Shown here piece after piece: positions 44,336-55,355 of a stretch of DNA of 64,000 nucleotides (position 1 is the first letter of the stretch; each line of letters starts with the position of its first letter). The notes beneath the pieces were generated by a model. It made no database searches. It had not been told where the DNA came from and was given only the letters and a program-made list of their open reading frames with translations. The DNA comes from Escherichia coli phage NG_S8: the sequence record LC788711.1; one strand, written 5' to 3'. Made by a program: the position numbers and the translations under genes.

Positions 44336-47185
44336 TTAAATAGATGCCCAATCCACAGATTGCTCGCCATTATCACCTTCTGCTCTTATACGGAAGCGTA
44401 ACTTCCTATTAATACCTAGAGCATCCTCGTTATGAAGAGCATAGTCTGCCTTATTGTATATCAGTAGATAATCGTAGACATACTGATCTTCAATTCGTAC
44501 ACTTCTTAATAAACGATCTAGGTTATCGTAGATTTCGAGAGTGTAGAAGATTCCATCAATGATATCTTCTTCTGGAATTCTATCCCAGGCCAACTTAACG
44601 TCTGGTCCTACAAACTCCGATGCATCTCCTGAAGCTGTGTTAGTAACCCTGAAATTACTAACGACGCTTAAGTTTTTAGCAGAGTTAAGTTCTACTGATA
44701 GTGTTACAGGAGAACTTCGTCTACCATTAATATCTACAGCTCTAATCTCAAAGACTGCTAAACCAGCAGGTTCTCCAATAATTTCTTGGATCATTCGTAG
44801 ATTTGGATTAGTTTCTAGTTGCTGTACTATATAAGGATCAGCATGCCCAGAGTGAACGATGGAGTAATAAACAACGTTATTAGTTAAGCTAGGAAGCCAA
44901 GATAGCTCACCATTCTTACCAATAGATCCTACTTGTCCACCCGGTGTTGGTGTATACATAAAGTCTCTAGGAGGCAGTACGTTATTACTAACATCAGGGA
45001 TATCGTTACCACTATTATCAACCTGCTCGGAGTTAATGAATACATCCTCACCGTACTCTTGCAGTGTAATATTAATCTTACCTTCTCTAGAGTTTTCAAC
45101 TTCATCAACTAGGAAGTACTTCTTATCCCAACCATAACGACCATATGTAAAAGCAATTGGATCGTTAGGCTCAATGCCTATGAAATGATATGGTAATGAG
45201 AATGTGAGAGTTCGTGAGTAACGAGACTTTTTCAGTTCTCTATCTGCAAAGCTACGCGCAGTATAGTAGTTAGTGATGTTTGCAAAAGAAAGCTGAAGTT
45301 TTTTATCTAACCCTTTATCTTGTTCTTTAAATACAGAATTAAAGAATGTGATAGAGTTAGTTTTCCAACTTAATGCAGGATCTAATATAGAGGCTTGTAC
45401 TGAGTTGAATTTATTTCTGCCAGTAGTATCTGACAATTCCAGATCACCATAGGTATCTAAGAAGTCAATCTCCAGTGGAGTATTCGAGAACTTCTCAACA
45501 GTTATTCTATACTGACCAGATAAGTTGTTGATAGCACCCCCATAAGACTCTATTAATCCCTGCACGTTTTTAAATACTGACTCAGAGGTATCGAGAATAG
45601 TGTTCATTTGAACTATTTGTCTATTCTCTCCTACAGCATCAGTCCATCCAACGTATCTCCAGTAGGGTTGCCAAGAAACCTGATAGGATTCATCAATTAT
45701 ATCCAGAATAGCTGCTTCTTGAATAAGTTGCTGGAGAGGGAACTGATCAATAGTGATATTAGCACCATAGCGATTAGAGGTTAGGTAGTCCAGAGTTTGC
45801 CAGATACCATTTAAGCTAGTCTTATCAGCAGTTACTTTACCATCTGAATGATAGATCTTAATCTTCTTACCTTGAACTTCAGCGCTAACTTCTGGAATTT
45901 CTGTTCTGTTTTCATTAATAGTAAAGCGAACAATAGCGTAAGCAGTATCTAACAGTTTATAACGAGAGTCCCAGTATTCTGGTCCATTCTCATTCATGTT
46001 CTGTAGATAGAAACCTTTCTCTTTTGCAATGTTAACTAGAACATCAGCAGCAGATTGATCAGCCTTACCATGATAAGTCCAGATACGGATATCGCCATTA
46101 CCATCATTATACTTATATTCCTGTCCATGAACAGAAGGTTCAGAGCTTGGTTGACCAGAAGCAATACGTTGCATGGTATCACCAGCTACTTTCTTAGTAC
46201 CAAAGCAAGTACGAGACTTACTATCATTAGGATCAATACAGATCATTGGTACATCACCAAAGTAAAAATCTAGGAACCCATCAATCTCACCCTCACAGAA
46301 AGCGTATACTACATATACGATATTAGGATTATGCAGTTCAGTATCTGCAAATACTGGGATTCCAGGAATTTTCTGAACTCCATATACTACTGGCAGGAAT
46401 TTAGCAGCTAAGTTAAAATCAAGATCTACTTCCTTAGTTACAGTCTCATAATATTTCTTTAGACTATAGCTTCTAGAAAGACCAAATAATTTTTTCTTAG
46501 ATTGTAACTTATAACGTTCTTCCTGAACCTGATACTTAGCAAGAATAGAGATACTCTTGTTAGCGTGGAAGAACCCGTAGTCTTCTTGATATTCAGGTCG
46601 CTTAGCACCATTAGACGGAACTAATTGGCCGGCAACAATCTCAAGCCCTCTATGGTCAGCATCATCTGTGAAACGTCCATTTACTCTATCAAAGTCATAG
46701 AATTGGTTTGAACAGTTCCATGTAATAACGGATGTACTAACTCCAGAAGTACCAATGTTATCCTTAATACCACCACCAGTAATTTTACCACGGAAGTAAA
46801 GTAAAGGACCATTAGTGTCTGGATCTACAGGAAGAATATTACCTTCTTCATCAATAACCGCTTGATGGATTGAAATAGATCTATCTAGGAAGGATACACC
46901 ATTTTGGACTAGTTTTAATACTTCATCCTCAGCAGTACCTGTGATAGTAAAAGAAAGGCTACCAATGGAAAGTTTTCTATTTTGTTTATGTGTTGTTATA
47001 GACTTAACTTTACCGGATGTGTAAAGAATACCATTATAAATTACATCCCTAAAATAGTCTGTAAGATAAATGTACGCAGAACTTGATCCGGTAGAGCTTG
47101 GCAATTCAAGAGTAATAAGGCATGCAGTTTTTATTTTATTATTGGTTCTTAAATACTCTCTTGCACTGTCAAGAATTTTCTTCAT
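44336..47185 (-). CDS. baseplate hub protein (T5 pb3-like)
   Basis: 949 aa, the length I recall for T5 pb3; synteny. Confidence 0.8.
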   Translation of the reverse strand: MKKILDSAREYLRTNNKIKTACLITLELPSSTGSSSAYIYLTDYFRDVIYNGILYTSGKVKSITTHKQNRKLSIGSLSFTITGTAEDEVLKLVQNGVSFLDRSISIHQAVIDEEGNILPVDPDTNGPLLYFRGKITGGGIKDNIGTSGVSTSVITWNCSNQFYDFDRVNGRFTDDADHRGLEIVAGQLVPSNGAKRPEYQEDYGFFHANKSISILAKYQVQEERYKLQSKKKLFGLSRSYSLKKYYETVTKEVDLDFNLAAKFLPVVYGVQKIPGIPVFADTELHNPNIVYVVYAFCEGEIDGFLDFYFGDVPMICIDPNDSKSRTCFGTKKVAGDTMQRIASGQPSSEPSVHGQEYKYNDGNGDIRIWTYHGKADQSAADVLVNIAKEKGFYLQNMNENGPEYWDSRYKLLDTAYAIVRFTINENRTEIPEVSAEVQGKKIKIYHSDGKVTADKTSLNGIWQTLDYLTSNRYGANITIDQFPLQQLIQEAAILDIIDESYQVSWQPYWRYVGWTDAVGENRQIVQMNTILDTSESVFKNVQGLIESYGGAINNLSGQYRITVEKFSNTPLEIDFLDTYGDLELSDTTGRNKFNSVQASILDPALSWKTNSITFFNSVFKEQDKGLDKKLQLSFANITNYYTARSFADRELKKSRYSRTLTFSLPYHFIGIEPNDPIAFTYGRYGWDKKYFLVDEVENSREGKINITLQEYGEDVFINSEQVDNSGNDIPDVSNNVLPPRDFMYTPTPGGQVGSIGKNGELSWLPSLTNNVVYYSIVHSGHADPYIVQQLETNPNLRMIQEIIGEPAGLAVFEIRAVDINGRRSSPVTLSVELNSAKNLSVVSNFRVTNTASGDASEFVGPDVKLAWDRIPEEDIIDGIFYTLEIYDNLDRLLRSVRIEDQYVYDYLLIYNKADYALHNEDALGINRKLRFRIRAEGDNGEQSVDWASI

Positions 47186-47796
47186 AGACTTTCCCTCAAG
47201 GAAAGTGAAATACCAGTATATGTACCATTACTATTTAACGTAGAGCCAAAACTGTCTCCGTTCATTAATTTAGTTCTAAACAGAATACCATTAAATACCG
47301 GTTTCTCACTACCCGTAGTAGTAATGAATAGATCAGGATAAACACTTATATTCCAAGTATTTCCTACTGTGTTGATAGAAGTGATTTTATACACTTTTGG
47401 ATGATTGGACAACTTAAATAAATCGCCTGGTTTAGGCAGTCCACGAAGTGTACCTTTAGTGTCCATAATAACTGTTGAACCTTTTTGTCCAGCAGGAATA
47501 TTTACAGCACTAGTATCACCACGAACTCGGAAGGCTTCATATTGTGGTAATAACACATCAATATAGCTACCTGTTCTTTTATAATCTAGAATGAATGAGT
47601 CTAATTTAGCAAATTCATCTGGGAACAATTCTGGATAAGAGATATTAATACCCCAATATTGAGCAGACACCTTAACCTCCCTAACTTTACCATTAGGTAA
47701 TTCATCACGAATCATAGGGTCATTGTCTACTAAGTTAACGCTTTCAAAACCTAACCCTGATAGCTCTGGGTTCGTGTATGGGTCTGGTAGTCTCAT
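47182..47796 (-). CDS. distal tail protein, Dit (T5 pb9-like)
   Basis: 204 aa, the length I recall for T5 pb9; immediately downstream of the tape measure gene. Confidence 0.75.
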   Translation of the reverse strand: MRLPDPYTNPELSGLGFESVNLVDNDPMIRDELPNGKVREVKVSAQYWGINISYPELFPDEFAKLDSFILDYKRTGSYIDVLLPQYEAFRVRGDTSAVNIPAGQKGSTVIMDTKGTLRGLPKPGDLFKLSNHPKVYKITSINTVGNTWNISVYPDLFITTTGSEKPVFNGILFRTKLMNGDSFGSTLNSNGTYTGISLSLRESL

Positions 47797-47822
47797 AGTT
47801 AATTTCTCCTCTTAATAACAAT

Positions 47823-47851
47823 ATTATAATAGGATTGGAAAATTTTATCAA
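47823..47851 (-). promoter_or_regulatory. sigma70-like promoter on the minus strand upstream of pb9
   Basis: Minus strand reads TTGATA-17 bp-TATAAT, then AGGAG 9 nt before the pb9 ATG. Confidence 0.5.
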
Positions 47852-47859
47852 GAAATTTT

Positions 47860-47897
47860 TATTTTTCCATAAAGAAAAGGAGGACATAAAGTCCTCC
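47860..47897 (-). terminator. intrinsic terminator/attenuator after the tape measure gene
   Basis: Minus strand: GGAGGAC-TTTAT-GTCCTCC followed by TTTTCTTTATGG. Confidence 0.6.
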
Positions 47898-47904
47898 TCC
47901 AGTA

Positions 47905-50900
47905 TTAAGAATTACCAAGTGATTTCAGGGTGGTTCCATTCTCATTAAGAGCCTGTTCCACGGCATCCCTGAAAGCAGCACTGTTGCTCGAAGCAAAGTC
48001 TCGGAAGCTAGCCGCATCCATCGTACTGATGTTCAGCACAATAGGTCTACCCGATGTACCCTTTGAAGATCCTTTGAGTTCATCAGTAGGAGTAGCCTTC
48101 ATCGGAACCATAGGAGTGATTACTTCGGTACCATGCTCACCCATCTGGTAACTAACTCCAGGATACATATTACCACCTTCTGCACGAGGTACGAAAGAGT
48201 TAGCATTACCAATCCCTTGATCCCCTCGAATATAAGAAAGTTCTCCTGCGTTAGCCGACATAGAAACGTCTACGTTCTTCTGGCGCTCTCCAAGAGTTAA
48301 GTAACCAGCTGTCTCAGCACCAGAGTCCCCAATAGAAGACATACCAGATGCAGAGGATGCTTGAGCAAGAGCCATAGCACCTGCTAAACCAGCCGCAACC
48401 ATCAGAGGAATAGAAAATGGGTATGGAACAGCTGTTGCTGCTTGCATCACCGCTACTGCCGTCTGGATAATGATTTGCTTCTTAGCTGCATCTTGCTGGA
48501 TCTTGAGCTTTTCAGCCTCTAACTTCTTGATCTTAGCTTTGGATTGCTCAGATTTACCATCACGTTTCTGTTCTGCTGCAATAGCTGCATCAATAGCACT
48601 TACCTGTTGACCAACACTATACTGAATCATTGAAGACACAGTTTGCATACCAGCAGCAACTAAAGATGTAGTATCCAGAGATCCCTGAGAGAACTGAATC
48701 ATAGCATTAGTTAGGTTACCCATACTTTGTGCCACTGCAGTTGCTTCAGAGTTCAGCTCGGATAGTTTAGAGATAGCCTGGTCATAGGATGCCATTCTAT
48801 TCTGCATATCCGCGAAAGCTTTGTCATCTCCAGATAGTCCAGTTGTAGGTGTATATGTAGCTCCTACAGATGAACCTACTTGTTGTTGCATTTGAGCATT
48901 TCTTTGGGCTGCTAATGCGGACATTTGTGCTTGAGTTTTTGATATCTCAGAATTCCATCGCATCTGTTCATCCGCATTACCTTTAGTAAACTCTTTCATT
49001 TGTTTATAGAATTCTAACTGCATTTCCATCTTTTGCATTTCCCCTGCTAGAGGGTACATGCCAGTTAATGTATTCTCAAATGCTTCCTGTCTTTTTGCTG
49101 CAACTCTGGATATATTATCTAACCTAGCTTTCCAGATTTCACGCTCAATCTGTGCCTGAGCACGTCTTGATTGTTCAGCTTCCTTCTGCTTATCAATCTG
49201 CTTGGAGTACCACACATACTTCTCTTTCTCGATAGTCAGTTCAAGGTTCAACTGAGCTAAACGATATTGAGTATCTGTCATAGTACGGTTATTCAGGAGA
49301 GCTATTTCACGATCAACACCAAGAATCTTATCCGTATAGTCCTTAACTTTCTTCTGAGCTTCCATGTCCTGGTTAGTAATTTTTATACGTTCTAACTGAA
49401 CCTTAGCTATTTCATTCTCAATTGCCTTGTTACCCTTGTTAGTTTCTAGGACACGCTTAAGAGCTGCTTCCTGTTCTTCTAACTGTTGGATTTCTAGACG
49501 TCTACCCGCTTCCTGTGCTTTCTCTTTATCCTTGGTCTGGTTGTACACTTCGGCAATCTTCTGCTGAACTTCTAACTGATTCTTAGTCTCATTACCAGTT
49601 AATTTTACGTAACCAGCAAGAGCTTGTGAAGCAGTCTTCATCTCACTAAGAGTATTATACCCTAAGTTCAGGCTCTTAACATACTCATCAGCATTTTTAC
49701 CAGTACCCGCAGAAAGAGACTCAATAGTCTTAATCGTATCTGATAGGGATGCACTAGTTTTAGCCGCAGTATTAGTATTCTGAGCGATGTTCTGGATATC
49801 GTTAGCTAAGTCACTGGCAGTTTTCTTAGCTTGGTCATACGCTTTCTGCTGTTCTGTCAATCCTTTCAGAGTTGCAGAGTTAAAGTCATAAACCGCATCC
49901 GGGTCATTTGCATCTTTCTGTAGGTTAATTTGCTTCTGGAATGCTGTATTAGATTTGGCTGCGGCAGCACCAGCAGCTTGGTATGCCGATTTCCATGCAT
50001 TAAGATTGCCAGTTGAATCCTCTACTTCCTTATCAAGACGCTCTACCTGGAGAGCTAATGCAGCAGTATCTGCAATGAATTTCTGGTTTTCTTCAGAAGA
50101 TCCTATGCGAACTCCTCCTACTTCAAAACCTCCTGCAGCTAACCCTACCGGTGCACCTTGAGCAACTAAACGAATAGCCCCTGCTGTAGATGCATCTGCT
50201 TGCTGCATACGCTTGTCTAGATCAGCTTTTAACTTATTACGCTTTTCTAGAGATTCTTTGTACATATCAAGAGCTTTATTATATCCTTCCTCAGAAGCGG
50301 AAAGACTTAAAGCTACAGCACCAACGTTAGCTGGGTCAATCTGGCGGTTAGTTTCTTCCTGTGCTCTAGCAGCAGAGGCCGAGATAGATGCTTGAGAAGT
50401 ATAGAACACTGCGTTGATAGAATCAATTACTGGCCCTAAATACTTAGCAGCAGCCTGTTGAACCTTTCTCAGTGCAGCATCAGCATTAGCAGCAAACTGT
50501 TCCCAGGGGGTTGCACGAAGTACATCATCAAGATAGCCGAAACGTTTAGTAGATTCAGCGATAACTGCGTTAGCATATGCTTGTTGCTTCTGGAAAGTAG
50601 AGAGACTATTAACGTTATATGTAATACCTGTGTTAGCAGCATTTAACTGTTTAACGTAGTCTGCGTAAGCATCGTTAAGACGAATAGTAACACCAAGTTC
50701 GTCCAGAAGTTCGATTTCTTGTTTAGATACACCCTTGATTACACGGTTAAGTGCATCAGTCATATCAACACCAAGAACAGCAGCAGCACGACGAGCTACT
50801 AGACCAAATTTATTAAGTTGTTCAGCATCGAATCCATATGCAGAAGCAGAGGATGCCTGTCTCATTGCTTCTTCGAAGGAGATTGCATAACCAGCAGCCT

Positions 50901-51615
50901 CTTGTAGAGATCTAGCTAGAGTTTGTACAGGAGTACCTGTTTGAGTACCAACAATAGTACCAAACTTCTCAAGACGGTTTAACTGGTCACCCATCTTAAG
51001 TTGTTCGAATGCAGATTGTAGAACGAACACGTTAGACGCGATAGCAGCATACATAAGAGGTAAACTACCACCCACTTTAGCCATTGCTGCGAAGTCACGA
51101 GTAGCACCACGTGCTGAACCAGAAGTATTACCAATTGCACGACTAGCACGTCCTGCGGAGGTAGTTGTATCGTTAAAGCCTCTAGCAGTATTGCCTAGTG
51201 CTCGGTTAGTATCATATAATCTATCTTGAACTTTTTCGGTTGCAGCAGCTACATCGTTACCCATAGCCTTAACAGATTTACCCACATGTGTAAATCCAGA
51301 CTCTAGCTTCTCAGATACTTCGATCATAGCAAGGGCAAGATCATCTAGCTTATCACCAATACCTTCAATGGATTTAGTGATACCAGCCATACCTCTACTA
51401 GCCTGCATTTTAGTTAGACTTTTAGCTGCTCTATCCGCCGCCCTCTCAATGGAGTAAAGAGTTTTGGGCATTTTTCCTAACTGCTCATTAGTCAGTTCGG
51501 AAGCGGCAGCAGCATTTTCTAACGCATCGGAAACGTTCTCGATAGATTTTGCAGTACGGGTTGCCCCTTTCTGCTTTACATCTATAAGTAGTTCTCGTAT
51601 TAGCTTATCAGTCAT
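47905..51615 (-). CDS. tail tape measure protein (T5 pb2-like)
   Basis: 1236 aa, mostly predicted coiled-coil, Gly-rich C-terminal region; position between chaperones and Dit. Confidence 0.9.
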   Translation of the reverse strand: MTDKLIRELLIDVKQKGATRTAKSIENVSDALENAAAASELTNEQLGKMPKTLYSIERAADRAAKSLTKMQASRGMAGITKSIEGIGDKLDDLALAMIEVSEKLESGFTHVGKSVKAMGNDVAAATEKVQDRLYDTNRALGNTARGFNDTTTSAGRASRAIGNTSGSARGATRDFAAMAKVGGSLPLMYAAIASNVFVLQSAFEQLKMGDQLNRLEKFGTIVGTQTGTPVQTLARSLQEAAGYAISFEEAMRQASSASAYGFDAEQLNKFGLVARRAAAVLGVDMTDALNRVIKGVSKQEIELLDELGVTIRLNDAYADYVKQLNAANTGITYNVNSLSTFQKQQAYANAVIAESTKRFGYLDDVLRATPWEQFAANADAALRKVQQAAAKYLGPVIDSINAVFYTSQASISASAARAQEETNRQIDPANVGAVALSLSASEEGYNKALDMYKESLEKRNKLKADLDKRMQQADASTAGAIRLVAQGAPVGLAAGGFEVGGVRIGSSEENQKFIADTAALALQVERLDKEVEDSTGNLNAWKSAYQAAGAAAAKSNTAFQKQINLQKDANDPDAVYDFNSATLKGLTEQQKAYDQAKKTASDLANDIQNIAQNTNTAAKTSASLSDTIKTIESLSAGTGKNADEYVKSLNLGYNTLSEMKTASQALAGYVKLTGNETKNQLEVQQKIAEVYNQTKDKEKAQEAGRRLEIQQLEEQEAALKRVLETNKGNKAIENEIAKVQLERIKITNQDMEAQKKVKDYTDKILGVDREIALLNNRTMTDTQYRLAQLNLELTIEKEKYVWYSKQIDKQKEAEQSRRAQAQIEREIWKARLDNISRVAAKRQEAFENTLTGMYPLAGEMQKMEMQLEFYKQMKEFTKGNADEQMRWNSEISKTQAQMSALAAQRNAQMQQQVGSSVGATYTPTTGLSGDDKAFADMQNRMASYDQAISKLSELNSEATAVAQSMGNLTNAMIQFSQGSLDTTSLVAAGMQTVSSMIQYSVGQQVSAIDAAIAAEQKRDGKSEQSKAKIKKLEAEKLKIQQDAAKKQIIIQTAVAVMQAATAVPYPFSIPLMVAAGLAGAMALAQASSASGMSSIGDSGAETAGYLTLGERQKNVDVSMSANAGELSYIRGDQGIGNANSFVPRAEGGNMYPGVSYQMGEHGTEVITPMVPMKATPTDELKGSSKGTSGRPIVLNISTMDAASFRDFASSNSAAFRDAVEQALNENGTTLKSLGNS

Positions 51616-51621
51616 TTATTT

Positions 51622-51660
51622 TTCCCAATAAAAAAGGCTCTGGGCAAATCACCCAGAGCC
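51622..51660 (-). terminator. intrinsic terminator immediately upstream of the tape measure start
   Basis: Minus strand: GGCTCTGGG-TGATTTG-CCCAGAGCC then TTTTTTATTGGGAAAAATAA-ATG. Confidence 0.7.
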
Positions 51661-51695
51661 AAGCCTCATCGTGGAACGCCCATTGGAGGAAACTT

Positions 51696-52064
51696 TTACT
51701 GAGCTCGAGATCTAGCATGCGGTTTAATGTTCGGAGTACGACCATTAGGTTTACTATGCTTCTCGGCTCTCTTACGAGCTGCATCTACAGCTTTCGAATC
51801 AAATATATTGATGATGTGTAGAACAAACTCTTTCTCTATAGGATCAGTAATCCCATAGATATCAAATAAAACACCTAGTGCACTTTTGTCTTTTCCTATA
51901 AAGATAGGAAAGTCACCTGGTATGAAACAGTCAATAAGACTGTTATAAATATTCATACTAGTAGATACAATAGGTGGAAAATCTTCGAGTTCAACAGGCA
52001 TTGCCTTAGGATCAGGTTCAATACCTAGTGACTCACAAAGCATTAAATATTGTTGTTTTGTCAT
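51696..52064 (-). CDS. putative tail assembly chaperone, distal part
   Basis: 122 aa directly upstream of the tape measure gene; its frame stays open 29 codons upstream of the Met and overlaps the previous gene's end. Confidence 0.5.
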   Translation of the reverse strand: MTKQQYLMLCESLGIEPDPKAMPVELEDFPPIVSTSMNIYNSLIDCFIPGDFPIFIGKDKSALGVLFDIYGITDPIEKEFVLHIINIFDSKAVDAARKRAEKHSKPNGRTPNIKPHARSRAQ

Positions 52065-52125
52065 TTTAGATGCTGAGGATTTAATGCATTTATCTGCAAA
52101 ATCGGCAACAGCATCTAGTAACTGC

Positions 52126-52530
52126 TTACGCTTTTGAGCTACGAAAAGTGTCTAAGTGGAACACTGTCTGGTTGATCCAAGAATCAAACGCAGCAGAGTT
52201 CTGCATAAGCATGATAGCATTATCGCGGCTAAATGGAACTTCAGTAGTAGGATCAGCTTCAGTTTCGATAAGCATCAGCTTCTCAACATCTCCAATCGTC
52301 AAGCCAGTCCAGCCAGCAATTGCAGTATCAACGAAAGCTTCAATAAACTTATCATCATCCTGAACCTGAATCATAGTACCGTTAACCCACTCATCACGCT
52401 TAGCGGAAGAGATAACACGCTTAGATGCAGCACGAGACATGTAGTTCAGTTGCAGCTTGAAGTTAGGCATACCTGGATAAGCCAGCTCAATAGTACGAGT
52501 TTCAAGGGTAATATCTTTTAAATTGATCAT
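52126..52530 (-). CDS. putative tail assembly chaperone
   Basis: 134 aa, acidic, located between the tail tube genes and the tape measure gene. Confidence 0.55.
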   Translation of the reverse strand: MINLKDITLETRTIELAYPGMPNFKLQLNYMSRAASKRVISSAKRDEWVNGTMIQVQDDDKFIEAFVDTAIAGWTGLTIGDVEKLMLIETEADPTTEVPFSRDNAIMLMQNSAAFDSWINQTVFHLDTFRSSKA

Positions 52531-53426
52531 TTCTTTATTTCTCCAAAGAAGTCGATTCTTACCGGATCAGAGTCTGCAGTAGGGATTACATCCCATTCAA
52601 CTCTGTATACATCCGAGAATTGTAGGCGTTTTGTTATACGTGCTGAAGGAAAGTCAATCGAAATATGTTCATTTCGGATGGTTAATGGTATGTCAGTTTC
52701 GGGTTCAATATTATAAAACATATCACCAGCAAATCGCTTAGTGTAGTAAAATGCAATTGTTGCCGAAGCATTCATCTCATTAACATAAGCTCTCTTATTA
52801 TTATATATTTTGTTTATGTCAAATACGCTTTTATCTTCTCTCCAAGAACATTGTTGCTGGAATGACATAGAAGCGGATAAAAGAGCCGGTAAAACGTTAC
52901 TGTTAGTAGATACTCTAGGAGGACTATATGACATAACTTCACCCTGAACAATAGAACCAGCAGGAGTAAAAGTAGACACCTCAGAGAACTTACCAGATTC
53001 AATTCCTACGTTTAGAATAGGAACGCTTTTATCTAGAGAAAAGTCTACAGTAGATACATAGCAATTCTCAAAATACACACAGTTATTATCTTTATTAACT
53101 ATGTATATATTAAACATTGTTGGCTCAATATTTGTACTATAAAGTGGTAGTAGGAATGTGTTACCCTCTCGGTCAAAGCCCATCCATTCAAAGAAGTTAG
53201 CTTCAGTAAGGGTATTACTAAAATTTATAGCCAGCGATATTGAAGATGGAGTTTGTGCATTAATAATAGAGTCAGCATAGTTGGTTCTACGATGGATAGT
53301 CCTACGAAGAGTTTTAAATTCCTCATAGGACGTATTGATATCGTAATTTGACAGGGCATCAAAATGATAAGCCCTGCCATCATACTCAACTATAACTTTT
53401 GACTCCCTCATTAGAGAGTAGTACAT
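52527..53426 (-). CDS. tail protein (T5 p140-like)
   Basis: 299 aa (T5 p140 is 299 aa as I recall); synteny. Confidence 0.65.
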   Translation of the reverse strand: MYYSLMRESKVIVEYDGRAYHFDALSNYDINTSYEEFKTLRRTIHRRTNYADSIINAQTPSSISLAINFSNTLTEANFFEWMGFDREGNTFLLPLYSTNIEPTMFNIYIVNKDNNCVYFENCYVSTVDFSLDKSVPILNVGIESGKFSEVSTFTPAGSIVQGEVMSYSPPRVSTNSNVLPALLSASMSFQQQCSWREDKSVFDINKIYNNKRAYVNEMNASATIAFYYTKRFAGDMFYNIEPETDIPLTIRNEHISIDFPSARITKRLQFSDVYRVEWDVIPTADSDPVRIDFFGEIKK

Positions 53427-53430
53427 TTAA

Positions 53431-54840
53431 TTAGCCACCAGAAGCAGTAACTGTAATGCTCTTAGTACCTTCTACACCAGAACCATCTTTAGCTACAGCT
53501 TTCACAGTAACTGCACCAGTCTTAGAAGCATCAGCGGTCAGTAAACCAGAAGTTGCATCAATAGTAGCAGCAGTACCAGAGGAAATAGACCAAGTTACTT
53601 CCTTATTAGTAGCTTCAGCAGGTAAAACGTCTACAGTCATCTGAAGAGTTGCGCTATTCTCAACGGAAGTTGCATCGCCCGCAGATTTAACAGTAATACC
53701 TGTTACCTTAACCGGAGCTGCTTTACCACCGTCACCAGTTGCAATCAGATTTGCAATAGTAGTTTTGGTGTACTTATTAGAGAAACCAAGATAACCTTCA
53801 TCACCAGTATCCAGATCAGTAGGAATTGCTTTGAACTCTACAGAAGTACCAAGTACATCGTCAGTCTCAATAGTTGGGATGTTAACGTGAGCTTGCTTAG
53901 CAACTAGAACAGCGGCTGGGCGCTCATCGTCATATTCACCGCCAAGTACTAGAGCGATTTCGAAACGGTTAACTACCTTCAGGGTCTTAATCAGATCTTT
54001 ATACAGATCCATAGAACCTAGAGCTTTATCGTTAAGATAAGCGGTCAGAGAACCAGTTAATTCGAATGCACCAGTAAATGAACCGATTGGGATGTTAACA
54101 CGGGACATGACGTTAGGAGTCAGATAGGTGATGTTGTTGTTAATTGTAAAGCTACCACCAGTGATCGGAATGTCATATGCCTTACCAGTATCCATATCCT
54201 TAATTTTGAGGATAGTCAGTTTGTTCTTGATGTAAGAACCCTGGATAGTCATGTAAGTTTCATCATCAATACCCACAGTATCAGGATCAAAGGGAGCAGC
54301 GTCCAGAGGGATCAGCTGGTTACCATTACCCGACCAAGTTACACGACCGATATCTTCGATATCAACGTTTACTTCAGCCTGGTTGATCTGACAGGAATCG
54401 ATGTAGCTCCATGCTTTATCAGTAAGGATGTAAATATGTAGCATTGCCAGCTCGTGGTATGCGTTATCCTTAAAGTTAACCATGAAGTTAGTTTCGTTAG
54501 TGTGAGCACCTGTATCACCATCTAGGTTGATAGGCTTACCACTAGAAAGAGCATGCCACAGCATGTAGTCCGGAACGATCTGCTTACTAGTAGTCTTATC
54601 TAAGTAAGGCAGGATGTAAGTAGAGAAACTCCACTCAGCTGCGTTCAGGGAGTCGTTGAAACGTTTTGAACCACGAGTTGGACGCGGACCAGCTTCGTTA
54701 ACAGTAATATCGGTTGAGTTACTGTCCTGACCCCAAGAAATATCATCTTGAACTAGAATCTCTTGCGTGTTGGTCTTATCGTGACCAGTCTTAACCGTAG
54801 ACACGAAGATTCGAGTATTACGTAATAGTTGTAAAGACAT
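53431..54840 (-). CDS. major tail tube protein with C-terminal Ig-like domain (T5 pb6-like)
   Basis: 469 aa; C-terminal Big_2-like segment (VTVKAVAKDGSGVEGTKSITVTASGG); strong RBS GGAGAA. Confidence 0.85.
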   Translation of the reverse strand: MSLQLLRNTRIFVSTVKTGHDKTNTQEILVQDDISWGQDSNSTDITVNEAGPRPTRGSKRFNDSLNAAEWSFSTYILPYLDKTTSKQIVPDYMLWHALSSGKPINLDGDTGAHTNETNFMVNFKDNAYHELAMLHIYILTDKAWSYIDSCQINQAEVNVDIEDIGRVTWSGNGNQLIPLDAAPFDPDTVGIDDETYMTIQGSYIKNKLTILKIKDMDTGKAYDIPITGGSFTINNNITYLTPNVMSRVNIPIGSFTGAFELTGSLTAYLNDKALGSMDLYKDLIKTLKVVNRFEIALVLGGEYDDERPAAVLVAKQAHVNIPTIETDDVLGTSVEFKAIPTDLDTGDEGYLGFSNKYTKTTIANLIATGDGGKAAPVKVTGITVKSAGDATSVENSATLQMTVDVLPAEATNKEVTWSISSGTAATIDATSGLLTADASKTGAVTVKAVAKDGSGVEGTKSITVTASGG

Positions 54841-54866
54841 TTATTTATATTCTCCTAATCTGTAAC

Positions 54867-55352
54867 TTATCTGCGAAGTGCCCTACGAGGTGGCTGATAC
54901 CTCACTGTTACATTTATTTCCGCTAAACCATATGGGGCCAGTAGACCCTCATCTGTAGCTACTGAGGTGATGCTCATATCAGTTGCCTCACATGGGAAGG
55001 TCGATCCATTAGGTTTACTAACAGTATATTCTAAATTTCCACCTGTGTCAATGACGGTTTTTATGTCAGCTACGAGTTTTTCAAGTTGCTCTTGAATATC
55101 TGTTTTCTCTTTGTCATACACGAAGATTGGAAGTTCTAAAAACATCCACTGTTGGCCTGAAGGAAGATACTGCCCAGTTTCAGTTCCGATATGAACTGCC
55201 ACGAAAGGAAATTCTCGGATTTCCTCGAATTTATAAGTTTGACGAGAAACGTTTCCATAAAGGTTATTGAAATACTCGTCAGGTTGTGAACCATCCATTT
55301 GTGTGGCGATTCGGTCAACCACTGCTTGTGCAATACTTGTTCTGTGATCCAT
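54867..55352 (-). CDS. tail terminator protein (T5 p142-like)
   Basis: 161 aa (T5 p142 is 161 aa as I recall); synteny. Confidence 0.65.
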   Translation of the reverse strand: MDHRTSIAQAVVDRIATQMDGSQPDEYFNNLYGNVSRQTYKFEEIREFPFVAVHIGTETGQYLPSGQQWMFLELPIFVYDKEKTDIQEQLEKLVADIKTVIDTGGNLEYTVSKPNGSTFPCEATDMSITSVATDEGLLAPYGLAEINVTVRYQPPRRALRR

Positions 55353-55355
55353 TTA

